From Thermodesulfobacteriota bacterium (lineage in GTDB: Bacteria > Desulfobacterota > Binatia > Bin18), in contig OZ219926.1 in the NCBI GenBank assembly GCA_964291405.2, positions 3,104,001-3,168,000 of the forward strand: a DNA stretch of 64,000 bases, given 5' to 3'. Position numbers and translations under genes: made by a program. The notes under the pieces were generated by a model that saw only the letters and a list, made by a program, of their open reading frames with translations, was not told where the DNA came from and searched no databases. This document shows, piece by piece, positions 47,188-56,208 of the stretch (position 1 is the stretch's first letter; every line of letters starts with the position of its first letter).

Positions 47188-49536
47188 ATGCGTGAGCGCG
47201 ACCTTCTGGCTTTAGAGTTTGACAAAGTCCTTCAGCTTCTAGCGGACTGCGCCCTGTCGTCCGCCGGTCGAGAAGCCTGCCTGGCCCTCAAGCCCCAGAG
47301 TGCCGGGCCGTTGGTCAAAGAAGACAGCGAGCGAACGTGGCAGGGCTTTCGTTTAGTGGAAGAACGCTTGAGTCTACCGCTCGGACCGTTCCCCGATATC
47401 CGTCCGACCTGTGAACAAGCGGACCACGGCGGTGCCGTGCTTGAGGGACAAAAGCTCCGCGACGTGCTGGCCGTGGTGACACGTGCCCGACTCCTTGCCA
47501 GGTTTTTCCGTCGAGACGCTGTAGCGTTTGACCGCCTGAAAGGCTATGCCGCCCGCCTGCCAGCTCTGCCTGACTTGGAGGCTGCCCTGGACCGCTGCCT
47601 GGACGAGAACGGCGGCCTCAAAGACGAGGCCAGTACAACGCTGCGTTCACTCCGGCGCCAGGTCCACAGCCTGAGCGAGGACATTGAACGCCGCCTGCAA
47701 CGCACCCTGCGCTCAAGCGAGGCCCAGGAAGTAGTGACCGACCAGTTTGTCACGATTCGGAATAACCGTTTTGTTATTCCCGTTCGGCCCAATTTTCAGG
47801 CGCGGTTGCCGGGGGTTGTCCAGGATCGTTCCGGGTCGGGTGAAACCGTGTTCATCGAACCGCTGTTTGTGGTCGAACTCAACAACAGACTGCTGCTCGC
47901 CCAGAAAGAAGTCGCGGCCGAGGAACACCGGATTCTGGTCTGGCTGACCGCGCTGGTGCGGGAGAGTCTCGATCAACTCGAACAGACGTTTGCAACCCTG
48001 ACGGAAATCGACATCCTCCATGCCAAGGTGGTGTTTGCGCAAAAATACGGCGCCACACAGCCGCACTTCGGCTCAGCCATCCAGCTCCGTGGTGCCAGGC
48101 ATCCCTTGCTGACGGCCTCGGATACCGCAGTTGTCCCCATCGATGTGATTCTGCCGAGCGATAAACGCGGGCTGATTATTACCGGTCCGAATACGGGCGG
48201 AAAAACGGTCGCCCTCAAAACCTTGGGTCTTATCTGCCTCATGGCCCAGGCCGGCTTTTTGATTCCGACGGACGAAGCCAATGAACTGCCCATCTTTCGG
48301 AGTGTGTTTGCCGACATTGGGGATGCCCAGTCCCTGGAGCACAGCCTCTCGACCTTCTCGGCCCATATCACCAATATCAGCGATATGCTGGTGACGCTGT
48401 CAGAGCCCGCGCTTCTCCTGCTTGACGAACCAGGTGGCGGCACAGACCCGGCCGAAGGAGGGGCTCTGGCAAACGGGCTGCTCACCGTTCTGAAAGATCG
48501 CCGGGTGTCCCTCGCTCTGGCCACGCATCTGAGTCCGGTCAAGCTCTTTGCGGTGAGTGACGGGAGTTATCAGATTGCGGCGGTGGCTTTTGACCTGGAG
48601 ACCCTCCAACCGCGCTATCAACTTCAGTACGACGTCATGGGCCAGAGCCTCGGGTTGCCCATGGCCCGGCGTCTCGGGTTACCGGAAGCCGTGTGTCGGG
48701 CGGCAGAGGCGGCCCTGTCCGCCGAAGCCCGTCAGTTCTCCGAAGCCCTGTCCCGGCTCGAAGCCGCCTCGGTCAGCTTGGAGCGCGAACGGACCCAGAT
48801 GCGGTCTGAACGCGAACAGGCGACCGCTCTGCGCGCGCGCCAAGAGCGCCTCCTGGCCGAAACCGAGGAAAAATGTCGTCAGGTCTGGCAGGACGAGGTG
48901 CGTGACGCCAAGCTGCTGGTCAGACGTGTCCGCGAGGAAGGCCGCGAGGTCATCGCGCAGCTACGCAAAAACCTGCAAACGCCGCAAACCTCGCCCGGTG
49001 ATGCTCGTCGAGACCTCTCACGGTTCTTGCATGAGAATCAAAGGGAGATCACGGCAAAAGAGCAGACGTTCCGGACTGAACCCGTCGCTGATACACCACC
49101 GCCACAGATCGGGGACGAGGTCGAGATTCGTGGTGGGAAAATTCGGGGTACCTTGCTGACGATCAACGGCAGCAAAGCGAGGGTGCGTCGGGGTGGGACG
49201 ACGTTTGAAGTCCCCCTTGTCCAGGTCCGGCGGACGTCCGAGCAAAAACCTGCGCCGAGCGTTCGGGTGGCCGTCGATCACGCGCCACCGAGTCGGCCCG
49301 AAATCAATCTGCTCGGCCTGCGGGTTCGAGAGGCACTGCCGCGTTTGGAAGTCTTCCTGGATCAGGCGATCCTGAATAATCAGTCGTCCGTGCGTATCGT
49401 GCACGGTATGGGAACCGGCGCGTTGAGGCGGGCGGTCCGGGCGTATTTAGCCGACTCTCCGTACTGTGCGTCCTTTAACGAGGCTCCCCGGAATGAAGGG
49501 GGCGGGGGGGCAACGGTCGTGGAGCTCTCCTCATGA
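47188..49536 (+). CDS. mutS2: MutS2 (Smr-domain ATPase)
   Basis: LEFDKV, SGSGETVFIEP, ITGPNTGGKTVALKT, DIGDAQS...LSTFSAH, LLDEPGGGTDPAEG, C-terminal Smr IVHGMGTGALR. Confidence 0.93.
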   Translation: MRERDLLALEFDKVLQLLADCALSSAGREACLALKPQSAGPLVKEDSERTWQGFRLVEERLSLPLGPFPDIRPTCEQADHGGAVLEGQKLRDVLAVVTRARLLARFFRRDAVAFDRLKGYAARLPALPDLEAALDRCLDENGGLKDEASTTLRSLRRQVHSLSEDIERRLQRTLRSSEAQEVVTDQFVTIRNNRFVIPVRPNFQARLPGVVQDRSGSGETVFIEPLFVVELNNRLLLAQKEVAAEEHRILVWLTALVRESLDQLEQTFATLTEIDILHAKVVFAQKYGATQPHFGSAIQLRGARHPLLTASDTAVVPIDVILPSDKRGLIITGPNTGGKTVALKTLGLICLMAQAGFLIPTDEANELPIFRSVFADIGDAQSLEHSLSTFSAHITNISDMLVTLSEPALLLLDEPGGGTDPAEGGALANGLLTVLKDRRVSLALATHLSPVKLFAVSDGSYQIAAVAFDLETLQPRYQLQYDVMGQSLGLPMARRLGLPEAVCRAAEAALSAEARQFSEALSRLEAASVSLERERTQMRSEREQATALRARQERLLAETEEKCRQVWQDEVRDAKLLVRRVREEGREVIAQLRKNLQTPQTSPGDARRDLSRFLHENQREITAKEQTFRTEPVADTPPPQIGDEVEIRGGKIRGTLLTINGSKARVRRGGTTFEVPLVQVRRTSEQKPAPSVRVAVDHAPPSRPEINLLGLRVREALPRLEVFLDQAILNNQSSVRIVHGMGTGALRRAVRAYLADSPYCASFNEAPRNEGGGGATVVELSS

Positions 49537-50153
49537 AAGTTGCTATCCGTGACGCATTAGCCGACCTGCTGCTTGAGGCCCTGGACGATGCGGCGAAAGC
49601 CGCTACGGTGCACGGTCTTGCCATCGACGTCCGAGCGGCCGCAGCCGGACCGCCCTCGCACGCGCTTGCCGAGAAGCTGCGCTGTGTGCTCCCGCCGGAC
49701 TTTGAGGCAGACTGGCCGGCGGTCAGGGCCAAACTCCTTCAATATGGAGCGGTACTGGAGGGCTGGTCCGGGCAGGCTGGAGCCTCGGCTCTCGAAGTTG
49801 TCCTGCAAAAAAGTGTCCTGCTCTTCAACTATCATCTCTTCTTTGAAGTGCACGAAGTCCTGGAGCCGCAGTGGATGAAGGAACAGGGTGAGGTCAAAAG
49901 CTTCCTGCAGGGGCTGATTCAGATTGCGGTCGCGTTCTATCATCTCGGACGTGGCAACCTGGCGGGCACCCGCTCGCTGCTGCACGAGGGACTAATAAAG
50001 ATAGCCCCACACTCGCCCGCTTGGCTCGGTATCGAACTCCAGGATTTCATTGCCGGGCTTGAGAAATGCCAGCAGGTCATCTCGGGTCTGAGCCCTGAAA
50101 CGTATAGGCAGTTCTCTCTGGACGCGGTTCCCCGGATGCGGCTCGTCGCCTAG
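49533..50153 (+). CDS. DUF309 domain protein
   Basis: LFNYHLFFEVHEVLEPQW, LQGLIQIAVAFYHL.RGN..G; ATGA overlap with mutS2. Confidence 0.85.
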   Translation: MKVAIRDALADLLLEALDDAAKAATVHGLAIDVRAAAAGPPSHALAEKLRCVLPPDFEADWPAVRAKLLQYGAVLEGWSGQAGASALEVVLQKSVLLFNYHLFFEVHEVLEPQWMKEQGEVKSFLQGLIQIAVAFYHLGRGNLAGTRSLLHEGLIKIAPHSPAWLGIELQDFIAGLEKCQQVISGLSPETYRQFSLDAVPRMRLVA

Positions 50154-50169
50154 TTGGTGGTGTATCGTC

Positions 50170-50643
50170 ATGCAAGTGGATCGACTCATTATCACGGCCC
50201 GAGCGCAGACCGTCCCGAGCCCGCTTTCGAGTGCCGCCATTGTGGAGCGTATCGCGGATGGAAGCGGGGAGACCGGGGATGTTATTCTCCTGGCAACGGG
50301 CAAAGTCGGAGCCGGGGAGCAGTATATTCAGGCGGTCGAGGCGCTTCAGCAGCACGGCATTGCCGGCATTATCGCGCCCGTCTTTGCCTGGCCGTTCTTT
50401 CGGCTCTGTCTCAACATCGGTCTGCCGCCGCTGACCCTGTGGGAAGCGGGGGAAATTCGGATGGGCGACCGGCTGCGGATCGATGTGAATAACCGCATTG
50501 TGAAATCCATGAGCGCCGGTACCCGCTATCCGATTCGGGACCTGCCTGATCTATATATAGAGATTCTGGCCTGTGGCGGGATGGAAGGCTATGTACGGGC
50601 TCGGCTGGCGGAACAGCAAACGGTGATCTCTTCGGGCGGGTAG
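50170..50643 (+). CDS. LeuD/aconitase swivel-domain-like protein with degenerate catalytic loop
   Basis: GIAGIIAPVFAWPFFRLCLNIGLP, EIRMGDRLRIDV, EILACGG match LeuD; GSSRE motif absent. Confidence 0.7.
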   Translation: MQVDRLIITARAQTVPSPLSSAAIVERIADGSGETGDVILLATGKVGAGEQYIQAVEALQQHGIAGIIAPVFAWPFFRLCLNIGLPPLTLWEAGEIRMGDRLRIDVNNRIVKSMSAGTRYPIRDLPDLYIEILACGGMEGYVRARLAEQQTVISSGG

Positions 50644-50726
50644 GCGGACAGAAACCGCGCCCGGACGACCGGCGATCCTCTCTGCCTCCGACGTGCCTCC
50701 CGCCTTTTCCCTCTTCCGTGGGACTA

Positions 50727-50780
50727 AAAGAGTAAACGTATCCTTCCAATCGACAACAACGCTGGATACGTTTACTCTTT
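50727..50780. repeat. Dispersed inverted-repeat element, copy 2 (17-bp arms, 20-nt spacer)
   Basis: aaagagtaaacgtatcc ... ggatacgtttactcttt. Confidence 0.8.
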
Positions 50781-50799
50781 GCAGCATAGAGCTACGGAT

Positions 50800-53058
50800 A
50801 TGCGTCGCGTTCGAGACCTGCGGAAATATGAGCTGCCGGACACGCTGCTGGAGATCTGGGAACGCCAGCAGGGCGAGTTTCTCTTGCCTGTGCAGGAAGT
50901 TGCCGTGCAGCGCTATGGGCTGTTTGACGGTCGTAGCCTAGTCATCTCCTCTCCAACGTCATCGGGCAAAACCTTTGTGGGCGAAATGGCTGCCCTGCGC
51001 GCAGCCTTTGCCGGCCAGCGCGTGCTGTATTTAACGCCGCTGCGCGCCCTGGCGGAAGAAAAATACGAAACCTTTCGCGCGCGTTACGCAACGTACGGAG
51101 TCAAGGTCGTGGTGGCCACGCGTGACAGACGCGAGTTTGATAACGATATCGAACACGGTGACTTTCACCTGGCCGTCCTCGTATACGAAAAACTCGCCCA
51201 GTTGCTCGTCCGTCACCCGCACCTGTTGCGGACGGTCGCCCTGGTCGTGGTGGACGAACTCCAGATGCTGGGCGACCCGGAACGCGGGTCGGGGCTGGAA
51301 TTGACGTTGACAAAACTCCTCAGCGCCGTACCACGGCCACAGCTTTTGGGACTCTCGGCCGTCCTGCGCGAAGCGGAACAAGTCGCCGCCTGGTTGGACG
51401 CCGACCTCCTTTTACAAGATGAACGGCCAGTTGAACTCTACCGTGGTGTGGTACTCGGCGACCGCTTTCGCTACCGCATGTATAACACGGGCGAAGAAGG
51501 TGAGGAGCGCCTGGCTCCCGCTGAGTCAGACGACCCGCGTGAGCTCTTATACGCCCACGTTACGCATCTCGCGCGGCAGGGAGAACAAATCCTCGTTTTT
51601 TTGAAAGGTAAACGGGAGACGGTCCAGTGCGCCCTGGAGCTGACTGAAGCCTCCGAGCTGACACCGGCCGCCGATGCACTGGCAGCGCTTGAGCCCCTCG
51701 AAGAGACTTCCCTCAAGGCACAACTGCGTGATGCCCTTGCTGGGGGTGTAGCGTTTCACCATGCTGACCTGACCTCGGCGGAGCGGGCGACTGTTGAGGC
51801 TGCCTACCGCCAGGGCGAAGTGCGGATCATTGCGTGTACCACGACGCTGGCCTTTGGGGTGAATCTGCCCGCCTCCACGGTATTCATCGAAGCCGTCAAA
51901 TGGGACACGGACAAACGGACCGGCACGGCGATTGAAGTCCCGCTCTCCTGGGCCGAATATGAAAATATCTCTGGACGAGCGGGTCGACTCGGATTCGCGT
52001 CGCCCCCCCCTTCTTTGGGGGGCCGCCCTGAGCCAGTCGAAGGGCGAGGGGGCAAAGAGATATTTGGCCGGTCCGTCTTGATTGCCACCAATCAGTTCCA
52101 GGCCGACCTATTGTGGCGGGGCTATGTGATGGGCGAGCAGGAGCAGTTTACTCCAGCCCCCGGCCAGACCGGACTCACGGACCGTATTCTCAATCTGATT
52201 GCCTCCAAGGTCTGTCTTTCGACGGATGAGATCCAGGCTTTTTTAGACCTGACCTATCTCGGCTTTCAGCAACGGGGCAAACGCGCACCCGCCTCAGACG
52301 AAGCAGAGCGAGCGCTGGACGTTCTGGGCACCACGCAGCTTGTCAATCGCAGTGAAGACGGACGGCTGGTAGCGTCAACGCTGGGAGAGGTCGCAGCCCG
52401 CAAAGGCATACGTGCGGCAACCGCGGTGAAACTGGCACGATTTTTTGAGTCGGCTCAGGGACGCGACGTGTCCGAGCTGGAACTCTTCTATGCATTAAGC
52501 CTAACCGAAGACGGCCAAAAAATGCAGATTCCGTTGTCGTCGGCCGAACACCGCGGTCGGGGATATGAAAGCAAAGTGGGCGAGTGGATACGCGAACGCG
52601 GCTATGAGCCGGGCGATGAACTCCAGAAGCTCCTCAACGCCCGCATGCTCCCGACAGCCCAGGAGGCCCGGTCGGCCAAGCTCTCGTTGCTGCTGCTGGG
52701 CTGGATTAACGGGGCCGAACTGTCGTCTCTGGAAAACCGCTGTCAGTGTTATGCCGGTACGATTCTCAGCCTGACAGATGAGGTCAGTTGGCTGGTGGAT
52801 GCGGCGGCGGAGATTGCCGAGGTCATGGGTTGGGCATCGGCCAAGCAACTGTCCGAACTCGCGGAGCGGGCGCGGTTCGGGGTCGATCCACCGAGCCTGG
52901 AGTTGGCCCGGGCTCAGTTGCCCGGACTCAACCGTGAAGAAATCAAAACGCTGGTGTCCGCGGGGTTCGACTCGCCCCTGGCCGTGCGCGAAGCGTCTCC
53001 AGAAGCGCTGGAGCCCTACCTGTCGCCGCCACAAATTGAGGCGCTACGCACGCACTGA
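50800..53058 (+). CDS. Ski2/Hel308-like SF2 helicase
   Basis: Q motif LLPVQ, SPTSSGKT, PLRALAEEK, VVDELQ, GLSA, RPVEL, GVAFHHADL, TLAFGVNLPA, GRAGRLG, C-terminal HhH-like LPGLNR. Confidence 0.9.
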   Translation: MRRVRDLRKYELPDTLLEIWERQQGEFLLPVQEVAVQRYGLFDGRSLVISSPTSSGKTFVGEMAALRAAFAGQRVLYLTPLRALAEEKYETFRARYATYGVKVVVATRDRREFDNDIEHGDFHLAVLVYEKLAQLLVRHPHLLRTVALVVVDELQMLGDPERGSGLELTLTKLLSAVPRPQLLGLSAVLREAEQVAAWLDADLLLQDERPVELYRGVVLGDRFRYRMYNTGEEGEERLAPAESDDPRELLYAHVTHLARQGEQILVFLKGKRETVQCALELTEASELTPAADALAALEPLEETSLKAQLRDALAGGVAFHHADLTSAERATVEAAYRQGEVRIIACTTTLAFGVNLPASTVFIEAVKWDTDKRTGTAIEVPLSWAEYENISGRAGRLGFASPPPSLGGRPEPVEGRGGKEIFGRSVLIATNQFQADLLWRGYVMGEQEQFTPAPGQTGLTDRILNLIASKVCLSTDEIQAFLDLTYLGFQQRGKRAPASDEAERALDVLGTTQLVNRSEDGRLVASTLGEVAARKGIRAATAVKLARFFESAQGRDVSELELFYALSLTEDGQKMQIPLSSAEHRGRGYESKVGEWIRERGYEPGDELQKLLNARMLPTAQEARSAKLSLLLLGWINGAELSSLENRCQCYAGTILSLTDEVSWLVDAAAEIAEVMGWASAKQLSELAERARFGVDPPSLELARAQLPGLNREEIKTLVSAGFDSPLAVREASPEALEPYLSPPQIEALRTH
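52002..52053. repeat. Palindromic element inserted in-frame in the helicase gene
   Basis: cccccc-ttcttt-gggggg and cgccct-gagccagtcga-agggcg hairpins; encodes PPPSLGGRPEPVEGRGG right after motif VI. Confidence 0.65.
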
Positions 53059-53080
53059 ATCCGTCTCAGCAACCGGACAT

Positions 53081-54559
53081 ATGACCAGCCCACTCCCTGC
53101 TGACGTTTTGGAACTGGCTCTCCAGACCCTGGAAGCCGAACTGGTCGAGGCCGACCGCTTGGTGTCCTTTCGGGCCGTGCTGGATACCACCGAGCCGGTC
53201 GCCGAGGCGGACCGTTTCCGCTGGTATGCGAACGGGCAGGTCTGCCTGGAACGCTCTGCTCACGGGACGCTGACATTCTTCCTGCCGGCCATTGCCCCGA
53301 GTTCAGCTCCCCGCCGTCTGGGGACTTTTGATCGCCACGGACGTTTACTCTCTCTTTTTTTCTATGCTGCCGATGGTCTGGTGCGGCAGTTTAAGGTGCG
53401 CAATATGGACGGCCACTTTCTCGGCGTCGTCCGCGGTGCGGCGTCCCATCTGGGCTGGGGCAGGTCTGACGTGATCGGGGCCTTGGCCGGTGAGGGCGGC
53501 TTTGAGATGGAACGGATACTCACCTTCTTCCGTTCGGTCTCGTACGAAGACATGGATACCCTCCCGCCGTTAGACGCCCCGATGAGTCTCCCGTCCGGTG
53601 GCGGGGCAACCATCTTGAATGTGCTGGCGCGCTTAGGGCAGGACCAGGAAAAACAGGCACTACGCTACTACGGACCGTACCCCAGCGATCAGCTCTTTTT
53701 TACTCTACGGGAGTCCTTCATCTGCGGAGGAGAAGTTGGGGCCAATCGCGAGCGTTTCACCCAGGGGGCTGAAGAGGCCGCCCTGCATATGACGATGGTT
53801 GAGGCTGCGGTTGACTGGCGGCCCGCCCCGCATGAACGGTTTTATCCGGGAGCGCATACCTGCGTACAACTGCGCAATGGAGTCGAAAAAGTCTATGACC
53901 ACGGCCATACCTATTATCGGGCCGACCTGGTGGCCGAAGCTCATCGGCTCCGCGTGCTCCAGACCGAAGAGGGACAACGCCGCTATATCGCCAGCTTGAC
54001 CATACTGGGACAGGGGCTTGAGGATCATCTTATCCTGGATGAACACGGAGAGATTCTCGAACGTCTGCCGCAGCCCGTACAGCCCATTCTGCGGGGCGAT
54101 CCGGTCCTCTCTCCAGACTGGAAGGCTGCCCTCGTTCGCCTCATTGCCGCAGAGAGCACGAAGCTGCTACACGCCGCGCTGTGGCCGGCGATGGATGAGC
54201 TGACTATTCTGTGGGGCAGGGTGCCTAAAGAACTGTGGGCGCTGAGTGGCAATGAACTCGTTTTGCACGCGGGGATGATTGCGGTCCATCAGGACATGCA
54301 GAGCCGGGCCAACAGCGCGGCCGAAAAAATCCTCATCGCCTCTCGCTTTCTGTCCGAATTAGCGCGGCTGGTCGGTCCGGTGATCCGCAGCCGTGCCCAA
54401 GCTCAATTGGCCAGCCTCTCGCCCGCTGACCAGAATGTGGCGCTGCTATTCGCCGCCTCGGATACGCCAGGGCTGTCGGATGACGAACTACGAGCGTTTC
54501 TAACGGGCCTGGCGCAGGGGGAAGAGCTGCCGCTGGTACAGAAGGAGCGGCAAGAATGA
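53081..54559 (+). CDS. Hypothetical protein (492 aa)
   Basis: Long ORF 22 nt after the helicase stop; no family recognised. Confidence 0.7.
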   Translation: MTSPLPADVLELALQTLEAELVEADRLVSFRAVLDTTEPVAEADRFRWYANGQVCLERSAHGTLTFFLPAIAPSSAPRRLGTFDRHGRLLSLFFYAADGLVRQFKVRNMDGHFLGVVRGAASHLGWGRSDVIGALAGEGGFEMERILTFFRSVSYEDMDTLPPLDAPMSLPSGGGATILNVLARLGQDQEKQALRYYGPYPSDQLFFTLRESFICGGEVGANRERFTQGAEEAALHMTMVEAAVDWRPAPHERFYPGAHTCVQLRNGVEKVYDHGHTYYRADLVAEAHRLRVLQTEEGQRRYIASLTILGQGLEDHLILDEHGEILERLPQPVQPILRGDPVLSPDWKAALVRLIAAESTKLLHAALWPAMDELTILWGRVPKELWALSGNELVLHAGMIAVHQDMQSRANSAAEKILIASRFLSELARLVGPVIRSRAQAQLASLSPADQNVALLFAASDTPGLSDDELRAFLTGLAQGEELPLVQKERQE

Positions 54560-54666
54560 GTGTTTTAGAGTGGTTTCAGTTGGCCATTGGTGCAGGCTTA
54601 TTTATCTCACTCGCTGTCCTGGCATGGGGATTCACCCGACACTCACGCCGAGATAGGGGCCTGTAG
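54556..54666 (+). CDS. Putative 36-aa single-pass membrane peptide (not in ORF track)
   Basis: ATGA overlap with the upstream stop, aaggag RBS 8 nt upstream; MSVLEWFQLAIGAGLFISLAVLAWGFTRHSRRDRGL. Confidence 0.55.
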   Translation: MSVLEWFQLAIGAGLFISLAVLAWGFTRHSRRDRGL

Positions 54667-55555
54667 TTTTTGCCGCTTTTATTGTCTGACAGTGGGCGGT
54701 CACAATCCTATTGATATCCCGCGCGTAGCCGCCGCCTAAGGTCACAGCAAGGGGGATTCCCGCCCGCCGGGCGAAGTCGCACGTTATCCGGTCCCGCTCC
54801 CCGACCCCGGCCATCGACAGCGCCAGTTTTCCGAACCGGTCGCCTTGGAGCACATCCACGCCGGCTTGGTACAGAATCAGGCCCGGTTGGGCTCGCTCGA
54901 GGAGCACGGGCAGACTCTCCTCCAGCCGGCCTAGATACTGTTCGTCCGTCGTGCCGTCTGGCAGTGCGATATCCCACGAGCTGTGTTCTTTGTGGGCAGG
55001 GTAGTTATTGGCCGCGTGCATGGAAAAGGTGAAGGTATCCAGGTCGGCCTGACATAACGCGGCCGTGCCGTTCCCCTGATGCACATCAAGATCGAGAACG
55101 AGAGCGCGGCCGATACGGCCCTCTGCCCGTAGTCGCCTCAGGACAATGACCAAGTCGTTAAAAATACAGTAACCTTCGCCGTGGTCGGCGAAGGCATGGT
55201 GAGTGCCCCCGGCCAGATTAGTGGCAATCCCGTCTCTCAGTGCGGCCCGAGCCGCCCCCAGCGTTCCACCAATCACGGCAAACGCGCGGTGGACAAGTTG
55301 CCGAGACCAGGGCAGGCCGAGGCGGAGCAGGGCCTTACGTTCCAGCGTCCCGTTCAGAAAGGCGTGGACATATTCCGGCGTATGCACACGAAGAATATCT
55401 TCGAGGGCTATCGGCTGCGGCTCAACTATTTCCTCTGGCGTGAGGATGCCCTCGGCCAGCAACCGTTCCGGGACCAGACGATACTTGTCCATGGGATAGG
55501 AGTGATTTCCCATGGGAGCGGTATAGCGAGCGGAAGTAAAGGCTTGCATCCTCAC
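54632..55555 (-). CDS. Histone deacetylase family protein
   Basis: YPMDKY, RVHTPEY, NLAGGTHHAF, GYCIFND, DLDVHQGNGT, YQAGVD, LGGGY. Confidence 0.93.
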   Translation of the reverse strand: MRMQAFTSARYTAPMGNHSYPMDKYRLVPERLLAEGILTPEEIVEPQPIALEDILRVHTPEYVHAFLNGTLERKALLRLGLPWSRQLVHRAFAVIGGTLGAARAALRDGIATNLAGGTHHAFADHGEGYCIFNDLVIVLRRLRAEGRIGRALVLDLDVHQGNGTAALCQADLDTFTFSMHAANNYPAHKEHSSWDIALPDGTTDEQYLGRLEESLPVLLERAQPGLILYQAGVDVLQGDRFGKLALSMAGVGERDRITCDFARRAGIPLAVTLGGGYARDINRIVTAHCQTIKAAKTTGPYLGVSVG

Positions 55556-56109
55556 TCTCTGAAGACCGCCTTCAGCAACGCTTGAACATTAGTGACCCGG
55601 ACGATGCGCCACCGACCCTCAGGGGTATAGCGGAGTCCAATCTCAATCTCTTCGCCGCTGTCGAGTGGAACGGAAAAGTAGCGGATATCTTCCCGCGTAT
55701 CCCCGCCGATGACCGTTCCGATGAGGGCAACGGTCGGGATCTGCGGGAGCGTCAGGTCTGAATTCTGAAAGGCCTGCTGTACGGCAAACGTCACTCCCGC
55801 CTTGGCGAGGTCCTGAACATCCCGAGTCAGACTCTCAAGTCCCCTGTGCAGGAGCCCGACGAGGGAGTCCGACGGCGTGTCATGCTGTTGCGGAACATCT
55901 GGCACACTCTGCCCCAAATCCTCTAGGGCGTAGCTGACTACACTGTCTATATCGACATAGTGCGTAAAGGTCTCATAGTTGCGTGTCTTGAGAGCTTGCT
56001 GGATGTGATAGATCGAATAGGAGGGGGTTTGCATCCAGGCGTAGATTCCACCCAGCCCGAGAAAGACACACAGCACGATCGCTCGTAGGCTTTTCATGCG
56101 CCCCATCAT
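55552..56109 (-). CDS. DUF2939-like membrane-anchored protein
   Basis: N-terminal TM, TPSYSIYHIQQAL, YVDIDSV, C-terminal WRIVRV. Confidence 0.6.
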   Translation of the reverse strand: MMGRMKSLRAIVLCVFLGLGGIYAWMQTPSYSIYHIQQALKTRNYETFTHYVDIDSVVSYALEDLGQSVPDVPQQHDTPSDSLVGLLHRGLESLTRDVQDLAKAGVTFAVQQAFQNSDLTLPQIPTVALIGTVIGGDTREDIRYFSVPLDSGEEIEIGLRYTPEGRWRIVRVTNVQALLKAVFRE

Positions 56110-56208
56110 ACGGGAGGAATATCCGGTACGAAATGTGGGGTGCGGATAGGGTCGGACTCTGGTATGCAGGGGTGATCGTTGTTGAGCAGCTTAATGGAGA
56201 GAGACGCG

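Noticed and set aside
53340-53352. Partial match gacgtttactct to the hairpin arm
   Set aside because: Single arm inside coding sequence with no inverted partner; probably chance.
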